Positions 30,276 to 39,241 of a DNA stretch of 64,000 nucleotides are shown here, piece after piece. The stretch comes from an uncultured Solibacteraceae bacterium (GTDB lineage Bacteria; Acidobacteriota; Terriglobia; Bryobacterales; Bryobacteraceae). The position numbers and the translations under genes are program-made. Each line of letters starts with the position of its first letter. Position 1 is the first letter of the stretch. Location of the stretch: positions 815 through 64,814 of the forward strand of contig CAZACK010000014.1 in assembly GCA_964483455.1 (NCBI GenBank), in the 5' to 3' direction. A model generated the notes under the pieces. It worked only from the letters and a program-made list of their open reading frames with translations, had not been told where the DNA came from and searched no databases.

Positions 30276-31361
30276 TTATGGGTGATCGAGGTTCGGCGCC
30301 ACGGGCCCGGTCAACGCCTCCTCCAGAAAGGCCACCAACTCCTCTCGCTCCTGTTCGCTCAGGAAGTCCCGAGAGCTGATTTCCTTGTCCAGGTACGGAT
30401 TCGGGTTGCCGCCGCGCACGTGTAAGTCTACGACTTCCCTCAGCGTCTTCAGACTCCCGTCGTGCATGTACGGCGCGGTGAGGGCAACGTTCCTGAGCGG
30501 GGGGGTCCTGAACGCGCCTCGGTCGGCGTCGTTCTTTGTGATTTCATATCGGCCCAGATCGGTCATCTGGCCTTTGGCGTTCACGCCCACGCCGAGATTG
30601 TGGAATTTGTTGTCCGTAAACAACGCGTGAGACTCGCCGATGTGGTGACAAGCGGCGCAGTTGCCCTTCTTGGGATTGCGAAACACCTCAAGACCACGCT
30701 CGGCCGGCTTGCTCAGACTCTTCTTGGCGCCGCCGTAAAGGTAGCGGTCGAATACCGAGTCGCCGGTGAGCATCGTCCGCTCGAACGACGCAATCGCTTT
30801 CGCCACCATCTGGAATTTGATGGGTCCGGGACCGAACGCTTTCTCAAATGCCGACTCATAAACCGGGTTGGCCATCAGCCTCGTTTCCACTCCCTCCAGC
30901 GTGTGAGCCATTTCGGCCGGGTTTCGAACGCGGTCTTCCGTCACCTTCTCCAGACTTGGGGCACGGCCATCCCAAAACTGCATTGTGTTGTAACCCGCAT
31001 TCAGCAGAGTGGGAGCGTTACGCCTTCCCTTCCGGCCTCCGGCGCCCTCGGGAACTTCTTTGCCGTCAGCTAAACCGAGGCCCGGGTTGTGGCAGGTGGA
31101 GCAAGCAGTGGTCTTGTCCACAGAGAGGATTGTGTCGTAAAACAGCTTGCGTCCGAGAGCGATCGTTTCGGCAGTCGGAGGATTGTCAGGCGGGATTGGC
31201 ACAGGCGGCAACCCCCTGGGCGCTGTAATCTGAACAGGTGTTCCGACAGGCATCACTGGCGCCTCTGGAGCCGGCTCTGGTTTCGGAGCGCGATACATCC
31301 ACCACCCGATGCCGGCCGCAATGAGGATTACACCGATAGCGACGATTTTTCCCCACCTCAT
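30276..31361 (-). CDS. ccp: di-haem cytochrome c peroxidase (CCP/MauG family)
   Basis: 361 aa with an N-terminal TM/signal and two CxxCH motifs (CSTCHNPG, CAACHHIG). Conserved FRTPPLRNVALTAPYMHDG region. Confidence 0.9.
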   Translation of the reverse strand: MRWGKIVAIGVILIAAGIGWWMYRAPKPEPAPEAPVMPVGTPVQITAPRGLPPVPIPPDNPPTAETIALGRKLFYDTILSVDKTTACSTCHNPGLGLADGKEVPEGAGGRKGRRNAPTLLNAGYNTMQFWDGRAPSLEKVTEDRVRNPAEMAHTLEGVETRLMANPVYESAFEKAFGPGPIKFQMVAKAIASFERTMLTGDSVFDRYLYGGAKKSLSKPAERGLEVFRNPKKGNCAACHHIGESHALFTDNKFHNLGVGVNAKGQMTDLGRYEITKNDADRGAFRTPPLRNVALTAPYMHDGSLKTLREVVDLHVRGGNPNPYLDKEISSRDFLSEQEREELVAFLEEALTGPVAPNLDHP

Positions 31362-31383
31362 GGGTACTCCTTTCTGCTAGAGA

Positions 31384-31412
31384 ATCATAGGCTCACTTGC
31401 CATTGAGCGCAA
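31384..31412 (-). promoter_or_regulatory. sigma70-like promoter candidate for ccp (TTGCGC-17-TATGAT)
   Basis: Minus strand reads CTTGCGCTCAATGGCAAGTGAGCCTATGAT, then about 20 nt including AAGGAG before ATG 31361. The -35 sits in a CTTGC..GCAAG palindrome (31396-31413). Confidence 0.35.
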
Positions 31413-31475
31413 GCACAGCGGGCGGCAGGTCACCGAGCTGGACCCACTTCCGCAATGCTTGGAACACAACGGGCA

Positions 31476-31549
31476 TGGAAGCCGGCCGGGACTCGAACCC
31501 GGGCCCTCTGCTCAAGAGGCAGATGCTCTACCGTCTGAGCTACCGGCCC
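31476..31549 (-). tRNA. tRNA-Lys (anticodon CTT)
   Basis: Reverse complement GGGCCGGTAGCTCAGACGGTAGAGCATCTGCCTCTTGAGCAGAGGGCCCGGGTTCGAGTCCCGGCCGGCTTCCA. Nearly identical to the 29997-30072 copy apart from the anticodon, a variable region one nt shorter, and the 3' acceptor end. The exact 3' end is uncertain. Confidence 0.85.
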
Positions 31550-31603
31550 ATCGATCTTCCGGGAGGTCTTCTTGGAGAAGAGCACGCGCTCGCGGTGGAA
31601 AAG

Positions 31604-33685
31604 CTACTCGACCCTTAGTTCCTTCAGCAGCGCGCTGGTCCGGTAGATCTTCCGCAGCGCCTCCACGATTCCCTCCGAGTGCACCGCCAGCGAGCGGGCC
31701 TGCTCTTCCGTGTACAGGAACGTGCCCGGCAACTGGTGCAGGTTGCCGTCGAAGATGATGCCGACTACTTCTCCCTGGCGGTTCACCACCGGGCTTCCCG
31801 AGTTGCTGCCGGAGATGTCGGCGGTGCAGACGAAGTTGAACGGCGCCGAGGGATTGAGGCGGTCCTTTCCGTCGAGCCAGCTGTTGGGCAGGTTGAACGG
31901 CTCCTTGTAGCCGTGGTCGGCGGCGCGGGCGAAGGTCCCGCCGATGGTGGTCGCCCACGGGATCTTCCGACCGTCCTCCTCGTAGCCGCGAACTTCTCCG
32001 AACGCCAGGCGCAGAGTGAACGTCGCGTCTGGATATACGGAAGCGCCGTACACCTTGAACCGCGCCTGGGCGAGTTTGCCGAAGGCCTGCTCGGTCGGCT
32101 CGTCCACCTGCGACTCGAACAGCTTACGCACGTCCCGTGCTGCGGGGTCGACCAGGCGGGCGAGGCGGATCATCGGATCGTCCGATGCCTCGATGGCCGC
32201 CTGCCCGCCGCCGGCGAGGTTCTTTCGCAGCGCGACATCGGCGAGCTTTGTCCCGCGCACCAGGTCCGAGGCTCGCTGGCGGGGCGACTTGCCATCGAGG
32301 ACTTGAACCACCAGGTCGTTCTCCGCGCCGAGTTTTTCCTCGAGCAGGGCGAGGGAGTCGGCGAGCTTCAGCGTCTCGTAATCCTCGTAGATCGGCGCGC
32401 CGGAGAATAGCTGGAACTTCAGCGAGTCGAGCGCGGCGTCCGAGTATTCGCGAAGCCGCTCGGCATTGGGCTTGCGCGACTCCTCGGCCAGTCTCAGCAG
32501 GGTTCGCGCGATTTCGAACAGCCGGCTGTTGAACGCCGAACCGTACTCGAGCAGCGACAGCTTCTCGTAGATCGTGCGGAACACCTGGTTAGCCGCTTCC
32601 ACGCGGTTCCAGGCGTCTCCGTAGGCGGCCTGCCACTCCGCCGACTTGGCCACGGCTTGCCGGAGCGCTGTCTCCTCCTCGCGCTTCCTTCGCATCAGCG
32701 GAGGATCCTGCAAGCCCGCGAGCATCCCGAGGTACGCCTTGCGGCTGTTCTGGTAGCCGAACAGGTCATCCTGCGCGCGCCGGGCGTTCTCGGCGCCGCG
32801 ATCGCTGTACGTCCTGAGCAGCACTTCGCGCCGGCGAAGACGATCCAGAGCGAGCGGGTACTGGAAATCCCTGGCGAGTTCGAGTTGCGCCACCGTGTCC
32901 AGCCGCTGGGTGCCCGCCGGATGTCCGGAAACGAAGACTAGGTCCCCTTCCGCCGCCCCGGCGCGGCTCCACTTCAGGTAGTGCTCCACGCGAGCGGGCC
33001 TGCCGTCCTCATAGACTCGGAAAAAGGTGATGTCCAGGTCGTAGCGTGGGTACTCGAAGTTGTCGGGATCTCCGCCGAAAAAGGCAATGGCCTTCTCCGG
33101 CGCAAAGACAAGACGCACGTCGGTGTACTTCTTGTAGCGGTAGAGGTGATATTGCCCGCCGTTGTACAGCGCGACCACCTCGCTCTCCATGCCGGTGGCG
33201 TCCTTCGACTCCTTCTCGATGGTGTTCTTGGCGGCGCGCCGAGCCTCCACGGCCTGCGCTTCCGCCATGCCCGGCGTGACGGCGGCGTTCACCCGGCTGG
33301 TGACGTCCGCGATGCTCATCAGCACGTTCAGCTCCAGATCGGGGCACTTGCGCTCCTGGTCGCGGCCGGTCGCGTAGTAGCCGGTCTTCAAGAAATCCTG
33401 CTGCGCCGAGCTGAGCTTCTGGAGACAGTCCACGCCGACGTGATGGTTGGTGAACACGAGGCCGTCCGCCGAGACGAACGAGCCTGAGCCGCCGTTGCCG
33501 AACCGGACGGAGGATCTTTGAAGATGCTCCAGCCATCCGGGCGTGGGGTCGAAATTGTACTTGGATTTGAGCTGCTTGCTGGGAGGGTTGCTGTAAAGCC
33601 ACATGCCCTCGTCGGCAGAGGCGGGCGTCACCAGCAAGGCGGACAGCGCGAGAGTCGCCGAACAATGCAGGAGTCGCACACGCAT
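31604..33685 (-). CDS. S46 family peptidase (dipeptidyl-peptidase 7/11-like serine protease)
   Basis: Start taken at MRVRLLHCSATLALSALLVTPASA (signal peptide). DEGMWL near the mature N-terminus and the catalytic-serine region DISGSNSGSPVVN. Confidence 0.85.
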   Translation of the reverse strand: MRVRLLHCSATLALSALLVTPASADEGMWLYSNPPSKQLKSKYNFDPTPGWLEHLQRSSVRFGNGGSGSFVSADGLVFTNHHVGVDCLQKLSSAQQDFLKTGYYATGRDQERKCPDLELNVLMSIADVTSRVNAAVTPGMAEAQAVEARRAAKNTIEKESKDATGMESEVVALYNGGQYHLYRYKKYTDVRLVFAPEKAIAFFGGDPDNFEYPRYDLDITFFRVYEDGRPARVEHYLKWSRAGAAEGDLVFVSGHPAGTQRLDTVAQLELARDFQYPLALDRLRRREVLLRTYSDRGAENARRAQDDLFGYQNSRKAYLGMLAGLQDPPLMRRKREEETALRQAVAKSAEWQAAYGDAWNRVEAANQVFRTIYEKLSLLEYGSAFNSRLFEIARTLLRLAEESRKPNAERLREYSDAALDSLKFQLFSGAPIYEDYETLKLADSLALLEEKLGAENDLVVQVLDGKSPRQRASDLVRGTKLADVALRKNLAGGGQAAIEASDDPMIRLARLVDPAARDVRKLFESQVDEPTEQAFGKLAQARFKVYGASVYPDATFTLRLAFGEVRGYEEDGRKIPWATTIGGTFARAADHGYKEPFNLPNSWLDGKDRLNPSAPFNFVCTADISGSNSGSPVVNRQGEVVGIIFDGNLHQLPGTFLYTEEQARSLAVHSEGIVEALRKIYRTSALLKELRVE

Positions 33686-33784
33686 GGTTGGATTACACAT
33701 GTCCTCCACTTCCGCGTACGATAGCACACGCGTCACCATTGGGGTCAGCGTTGCCTGTCGCCGTATTTCTGGCAGAATAGGACC

Positions 33785-35395
33785 ATGCCGGAAAACGTCA
33801 TCTTAGTTGCTAACGGAGATCTGCGGCTGTCCGCCAATCAGAAATGCTGGGCCGCACAGCAGCGCGCAGAGGAGGCGGTGATGGCCGCCATCCGGCGCGA
33901 AGGCCGCGAGGTTGTTCGAGGCCATCCTTACGTCCCCGAAAAGGGACACGGGTTCATCGACTCTCAGAAATACGGAATGGAAGTGTTCCGCCGGATTCCA
34001 CCGGAAGCGCCGCTGGTGGTGGTCGAGGCGGTCTGGCAGTATAGCCACCACCTTCTGCATGGCCTCTATACCCACAAAGGGCCGATCCTCACGGCCGCCA
34101 ACTGGAGCGGGGAGTGGCCCGGGCTGGTCGGCATGTTGAATTTGAACGGCAGCCTCACCAAGGCAGGCGTGCCGTACAGCACACTATGGAGCGTCGATTT
34201 CACCGACGAGTTCTTTCTGCGTGGGCTTCGCCGCTGGCTGAGCGGCCAGCCGGTGGAGCACGACACCAGCCACGTCCGCAGCCTGAATGAATTGAAGCTG
34301 CCGCCGCAGGCCGAGCAGATCGGCGTCGAGCTCGCCCGCGAGCTGCGCCGCAACAAAGCGATCATGGGCATCTTCGACGAAGGCTGCATGGGGATGTACA
34401 ACGCAATCATCCCGGATGAGCTGCTGCACGCGACCGGCATTTTCAAGGAGCGCCTCAGCCAGTCGGCCCTGTACGCCGGGATGCTCGAAGTGCCGGCGGC
34501 GGAAGCGCAGCAGGTGCGGCGGTGGCTGGACCAGAAGGGCATGAAATTCCTGACCGGGCCGAACCCCGAGACCGACCTGACCGACGACCAGATTCTCGAC
34601 CAGTGCCGCATGTACATCGCCGCGCTTAGAATCGCCGACGAATTCGGCTGCGACACCATTGGCATCCAGTACCAGCAGGGCTTGAAGGACCTGGCGCCGG
34701 CTTCCGACCTCGCCGAAGGTTTGCTGAACAACGTGGACCGGCCGCCGGCGAAACACGCGGCCACCGGCAGGATCCTTTACGAAGGCGAGGCGCTGCCGCA
34801 CTTCAACGAGGTGGACGAGTGCGCCGGCCTCGACGGGCTGGTCACCAACCGCGTCTGGAAAAAGCTGGGCTTCCCACCCGAGAACACGCTGCACGACGTG
34901 CGCTATGGCGAGCCGTACCGCTGCAACGGACTTGAGCAGTTCGTCTGGGTGTTCGAGATTTCCGGATCGGCGCCGCCCGCGCACTTCATCGGCGGCTACG
35001 CCGGCGCGGTCAGCGAGCGCCAGCCGCCGATGTACTTCAGACTTGGCGGCGGCACAGTGAAGGGCATCAGCAAGCCCGGCGAGATCGTCTGGAGCCGCGT
35101 GTTTGTGGATCGCGGCAAGCTCAAAGCGGACCTCGGCCGCGCCAAGGTGATCGAGCTGCCGCGGGAAGAGACCGAGCGCCGCTGGCAGGCCACGACGCCG
35201 CAGTGGCCGATCATGCACGCGGTCACCTACGGCGTCAGCCGCGACCAGATGATGGCACGCCACAAGTCGAACCACATCCAGGTCGCCTACGCGCCCGACG
35301 CCGCTGGGGCGAACCTCGCGCTGGCGGCCAAGGCCGCCATGTTCCGGGAGATGGGACTCGAAGTCAGCATCTGCGGGACGGAGAACGGATTGTAG
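33785..35395 (+). CDS. L-fucose/L-arabinose isomerase-superfamily-like protein (function uncertain)
   Basis: 536 aa. The C-terminal region (GGYAG..YFRLGGGTV..SRVFV..GKLKADLG..W..TTPQWP..HAV..G...NH..V) follows the layout I recall for FucI-type isomerases. No search was done. Confidence 0.55.
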   Translation: MPENVILVANGDLRLSANQKCWAAQQRAEEAVMAAIRREGREVVRGHPYVPEKGHGFIDSQKYGMEVFRRIPPEAPLVVVEAVWQYSHHLLHGLYTHKGPILTAANWSGEWPGLVGMLNLNGSLTKAGVPYSTLWSVDFTDEFFLRGLRRWLSGQPVEHDTSHVRSLNELKLPPQAEQIGVELARELRRNKAIMGIFDEGCMGMYNAIIPDELLHATGIFKERLSQSALYAGMLEVPAAEAQQVRRWLDQKGMKFLTGPNPETDLTDDQILDQCRMYIAALRIADEFGCDTIGIQYQQGLKDLAPASDLAEGLLNNVDRPPAKHAATGRILYEGEALPHFNEVDECAGLDGLVTNRVWKKLGFPPENTLHDVRYGEPYRCNGLEQFVWVFEISGSAPPAHFIGGYAGAVSERQPPMYFRLGGGTVKGISKPGEIVWSRVFVDRGKLKADLGRAKVIELPREETERRWQATTPQWPIMHAVTYGVSRDQMMARHKSNHIQVAYAPDAAGANLALAAKAAMFREMGLEVSICGTENGL

Positions 35396-35410
35396 GGGAG
35401 GGAGATTTCC

Positions 35411-36433
35411 TTGCGCGTTGGAATCATCGGTACGGGTGCGATTTCGCACAAGCACGCCCAGGCCTATCGGAACATTGGCTACCGGGTCGCGGTGTGTACG
35501 GACATTAACGAGGAGGCCGGCCGGAAGTTCGCCGGCCTGTACGGGGCGCGGTTCGTCAAGTCGTACGAAGAGGTATGCCGCGACCCTGAAGTCGATTACG
35601 TCGACGTCTGCACGTTCCCCGATTTCCGCTTGCAGCCGCTCGAGATCTGCGCCGAAATGAAGAAGCACATCCAGGTGCAGAAGCCGATCTCCACGAATCT
35701 CGAGACGGCGCGGAAGATGATCGACACGGCACGAAGCGCCGGCATCCAGCTCGGCGTGATGAGCCAGCACCGGTTTGACGATTCGACCATCTTCCTGAGA
35801 AAAGCACTGGCGGACGGCAGGCTCGGCAAGATCGTCCAGGCCGATGCGTACGTCAAGTGGTATCGCACGGCGGAGTATTACTCGCGCCCGATCAAGGGAA
35901 GTTGGGACGTGGAAGGCGGCGGCGCGATGATCAACCAGGCGATCCACCAGGTGGACATCTTGCTCTGGCTGATCGGGCCGGCGAAAGAGCTGTTCGCCTT
36001 CTGGCAGCTTGGCGCGCTGCACAAGATCCAGTCGGAAGACGTCATCACTGTGGCGCTGCGATACGGCAACGGCGCCACCGGCGTCATCCAGGCTTCAACG
36101 GCCATGTGGCCCGGCTACACCGAGCGGATCGAGATCCACGGCACGAAGGGCACGGCGATCATCTCGGCGGACAAGCTCACCACGTGGGACGTGCAGGACG
36201 ATCACGGCGAGCCGGCGCCGGTGGAGAAGGAAGTGATGTCCGGTTCCTCCGACCCGATGAACATCCCGCTTACGCCGTTCGAGCGCCAGTTCCTGGATTT
36301 CGGCGCGGCGTGCCGCACCGGCCGCAGGCCGGCCTGCTCCGGAGAGGACGGCTACCTCGCTCTCGAAGTTGTGCTCGGCGCATACCGCTCCTGCCGGGAA
36401 GGACAGAAGGTCACGTTGGATGGCGCCGCCTGA
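35411..36433 (+). CDS. Gfo/Idh/MocA family oxidoreductase (cytoplasmic)
   Basis: 340 aa with a TTG start. VGIIGTGAIS Rossmann motif, VQKPIS (EKP-type) motif and a C-terminal alpha/beta domain. Confidence 0.85.
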   Translation: MRVGIIGTGAISHKHAQAYRNIGYRVAVCTDINEEAGRKFAGLYGARFVKSYEEVCRDPEVDYVDVCTFPDFRLQPLEICAEMKKHIQVQKPISTNLETARKMIDTARSAGIQLGVMSQHRFDDSTIFLRKALADGRLGKIVQADAYVKWYRTAEYYSRPIKGSWDVEGGGAMINQAIHQVDILLWLIGPAKELFAFWQLGALHKIQSEDVITVALRYGNGATGVIQASTAMWPGYTERIEIHGTKGTAIISADKLTTWDVQDDHGEPAPVEKEVMSGSSDPMNIPLTPFERQFLDFGAACRTGRRPACSGEDGYLALEVVLGAYRSCREGQKVTLDGAA

Positions 36434-36437
36434 ACCG

Positions 36438-37349
36438 ATGGAGTGGGCCAGCCTCCGCGTTCCGGCTTCCAGCGCCAACCTCGGGCCCGGCTTCGACGCG
36501 CTGGGCCTGGCGCTCGGCATCTACTTGGAGTGCCGCTTCCGCCGCAGCGACAGCCTCTCGATACAGGCCTGCGGCCGGGACGCGGACCAGATTTCCACCG
36601 GCGAGGACAACCTGATCTGGCAGACGGCGCTGGCGGTGGCCCGAGACACGCGGGATACGCTGCCGCCGATCGAGCTGATTATCGAAAACCAGATCCCGAT
36701 CGGCAAAGGACTGGGCTCGAGCGCAGCCGCATTGACGGCCGGCGTGGTGATCGCCGACCGCTTGTTAGGACTCCACTGGAAGCCGCTGCGGATTCTCGAC
36801 GAGGCGGCCAGGATCGAGGGCCATCCGGACAACGTGTCGGCGTGCGTGCTCGGGTCGATCGTCGCGAGCGCCATCGATTCGGGCGGGGTGGCGCATGCCG
36901 TCAGGCTGGAGCTGCCGAAGCATTTCGGACTGGCCGTCGTTGTTCCGGACTTCGTACTGCCGACGTCGACGGCGCGCTCGGTGCTGCCGGAACGGGTCTC
37001 GCGGCAGGACGCGATTTTCAACGTGCAGCGCGCGGCGCTGCTGATCGCCGCGCTCGCCATGGGCGCCGCCAACGCCTTCCCGACGGCGCTCGAAGATCGC
37101 CTGCACCAGCCCTACCGGCTGAAGCTGGTTCCCGGCATGGAGGATATTCTGAAGCTGCGCGCGCCCGGTTTGCTTGGCTGCGCGCTGAGCGGCGCCGGCC
37201 CGTCAATGCTCGTGTTTTACGAGCGCGGGTACGAATCGGTCTGCGACCTGGTGCGCCAGGTCTTCCGGCTGCACGGGCACGACTCGGAGATCCTGTGGGC
37301 GCAGATCGCCGATCATGGGTACGAGTTGAATACCGAGGTGAGGTCATGA
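36438..37349 (+). CDS. thrB: homoserine kinase
   Basis: VPASSANLGPGFDALG, GHMP motif IPIGKGLGSSAA, GHPDNV, EDRLHQPYR. An alternative in-frame ATG at 36420 overlaps the upstream stop. Confidence 0.85.
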   Translation: MEWASLRVPASSANLGPGFDALGLALGIYLECRFRRSDSLSIQACGRDADQISTGEDNLIWQTALAVARDTRDTLPPIELIIENQIPIGKGLGSSAAALTAGVVIADRLLGLHWKPLRILDEAARIEGHPDNVSACVLGSIVASAIDSGGVAHAVRLELPKHFGLAVVVPDFVLPTSTARSVLPERVSRQDAIFNVQRAALLIAALAMGAANAFPTALEDRLHQPYRLKLVPGMEDILKLRAPGLLGCALSGAGPSMLVFYERGYESVCDLVRQVFRLHGHDSEILWAQIADHGYELNTEVRS

Positions 37350-38278
37350 ACGAGTCCCGCGAATTTCTGCGGAAGTCGGGCCTGCCCGGCGAGGATCCGC
37401 GCGACTGGCCAGAGTCGGCCAAACGCTTTCCCGACGGCGGGCAGTACCGGATCGAGATTCCTTCAACCGAAGGCCCGCGCGCGCTGGCGGCGGTGCTCGA
37501 CGAAGCCGAGAAGCGCAAGGTGCCGGTGCATCGCGTCAGCCAGGGCAGCGGCATCCTGCTCATGACCGACGACGAGATCCGGGAGATGCTCGACATCGGC
37601 CGGCGCGCGCGCATCGAGGTGAACCTGTTTATCGGGCCGCGGGCCACGTTCGACGTCGGCGCGCAGGTGTTCTCGACTGCGGGCCGCACGCTCGGCCTCA
37701 GCCTGCGCGGCGCGGACCAGCTTGTCTATGCGATGGAAGATGTTCGGCGGGCGGTGAAGCTCGGGCTGCGCAGCGTGCTGGTGTCGGATCTCGGGATTCT
37801 TCAAGTCATCGGTAGGATGAAGGTTTCGGGCGACCTGCCGGGCGAGCTGGTGATCAAGACGTCGGTGATGATGGCGCCGGCCAACCCGGCCAGCGCCCGC
37901 ATTCTCGAAGACCTCGGCGCCAACACCATCAATATCCCGTCGGATCTTTCGCTGCCGCAGATTGCGGCCATTCGAGCGGCCATCGACGCGCCGATCGACT
38001 TCTACGTGGAGGCGCCGGACAACATCGGCGGCTTCATCCGGCACTACGAGATTCCGCAGCTGATCCGGGCGGCGTCGCCGATCTACCTGAAGTTCGGGCT
38101 GCGGAACGCGCCGGATGTGTACCCGAGCGGATCGCACATCGAGGGTACGGTGATCGCGCTGTCTCGGGAGCGGGTGCGGCGGGCTTGGATCGCGTGCGAG
38201 ATGATTGGGCGGTATTGTCCTGAGGCGGTGATGTCGCCGCTTGGGGCGGGCGACCTTGGAGTTCCGGCGGGGGATTAA
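37346..38278 (+). CDS. conserved hypothetical protein (possible TIM-barrel fold), translationally coupled to thrB
   Basis: 310 aa from MNESREFLRK. The ATG overlaps the thrB stop (ATGA). Alternating beta/alpha-like pattern. No family recognised. Confidence 0.65.
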   Translation: MNESREFLRKSGLPGEDPRDWPESAKRFPDGGQYRIEIPSTEGPRALAAVLDEAEKRKVPVHRVSQGSGILLMTDDEIREMLDIGRRARIEVNLFIGPRATFDVGAQVFSTAGRTLGLSLRGADQLVYAMEDVRRAVKLGLRSVLVSDLGILQVIGRMKVSGDLPGELVIKTSVMMAPANPASARILEDLGANTINIPSDLSLPQIAAIRAAIDAPIDFYVEAPDNIGGFIRHYEIPQLIRAASPIYLKFGLRNAPDVYPSGSHIEGTVIALSRERVRRAWIACEMIGRYCPEAVMSPLGAGDLGVPAGD

Positions 38279-38305
38279 CCGCCGAGCCGCGGAGGGCGCG
38301 GAGGA

Positions 38306-39208
38306 ATGACTTATATACCGGTGTTGCATTCGGTGAGTTATGCGGGGGCCTGGCCGGGCCATTCCTTGCTGGGCGTGGATTCTTTCCTGGAGAAGGCCGT
38401 CGAACTTGGGTTTCAGTCGGTGGCCCTGGTGGCGAAGCGGCCGCACGTGTCGCCGTTCGATTACGACGCGGCGGCGCGGCGCGAGCTGAAGAGCCGCATC
38501 CGCTCGCTGGGCCTGGAGCTGGCGGCTCTGATGGGATACACCGACTTCACCGCCGGCATCGAGCGGCCCGGGATCCCCTCGGGCGAGATGAACGCCGGCT
38601 ACGTCGAGGTGCTGGCTCAGCTTGCCGCCGATCTGGAGACGCCCCGCCTGCGTATCTTCACCGGATACGAGCGCCCCGGAGTCAGTTATGACTCTCAGTA
38701 TGTCGAGTTAGTCAAAGGGCTGCGGCTGGCCTCGAAGGCGGCGGCGAAGTATGGAGTCACCCTGTTGGTGCAGAACCACCACGACATCGCCGTCCATCAC
38801 GACCAGATGGCGTGGCTGCTGGCGGAGGTCGGCGAGCCCAACTGCAAGGCGGCGTTCGACGCCTGGGCCCCGTTCTTGCAGGGCCTGTCAGGGCAGGCGA
38901 TGATCGACGCGGTGAAGGCGATGGGTCCATGGATCGCCTGGACGACGGTGGCCGACTACGTGATCCACCCGCGGTTCCAGTACGACGCGCAGCTTGTCAA
39001 CTACGTGCGGCAGGAGTCCGATCTGGTGCGGGCAGTCCCGGCGGGGCAGGGAAGGGTGGATTATGCGGCGTTTTTCCAGGGCTTGCGGGCCGCTGGATAT
39101 TCGGGCCACGTCGCCTACGAGATGTGCGCCGTGCTTGAAGGCGGCGGGTCTGTGGAGAACCTCGACCGGACGGCCCGGGTGTTTCTGGAATTCCTGTCCC
39201 GGCAGTGA
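38306..39208 (+). CDS. sugar phosphate isomerase/epimerase (xylose isomerase-like TIM barrel)
   Basis: 300 aa with GGAGG SD. Typical layout with ..LGF..V.L.., ..RIFTGY.., LLVQNHHD.., AYEMC. Confidence 0.8.
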   Translation: MTYIPVLHSVSYAGAWPGHSLLGVDSFLEKAVELGFQSVALVAKRPHVSPFDYDAAARRELKSRIRSLGLELAALMGYTDFTAGIERPGIPSGEMNAGYVEVLAQLAADLETPRLRIFTGYERPGVSYDSQYVELVKGLRLASKAAAKYGVTLLVQNHHDIAVHHDQMAWLLAEVGEPNCKAAFDAWAPFLQGLSGQAMIDAVKAMGPWIAWTTVADYVIHPRFQYDAQLVNYVRQESDLVRAVPAGQGRVDYAAFFQGLRAAGYSGHVAYEMCAVLEGGGSVENLDRTARVFLEFLSRQ

Positions 39209-39241
39209 AAGCGCTTCCGTCTTTTTCGAAGGAGAGGAGTC

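Noticed and set aside
31396-31413. Palindrome CTTGCcattgagcGCAAG upstream of ccp as an FNR box
   Set aside because: The spacing (5-8-5) and sequence do not fit TTGAT-N4-ATCAA. It overlaps the putative -35 region, so it may be an operator, but I cannot support an FNR assignment.
29976-31475. Integrated genomic island at tRNA-Lys
   Set aside because: There is no integrase, excisionase, transposase or phage gene between the two tRNA copies. The duplicated segment extends upstream of the tRNA into the peptidase gene rather than being a 3' tRNA att repeat. Segmental duplication fits better.
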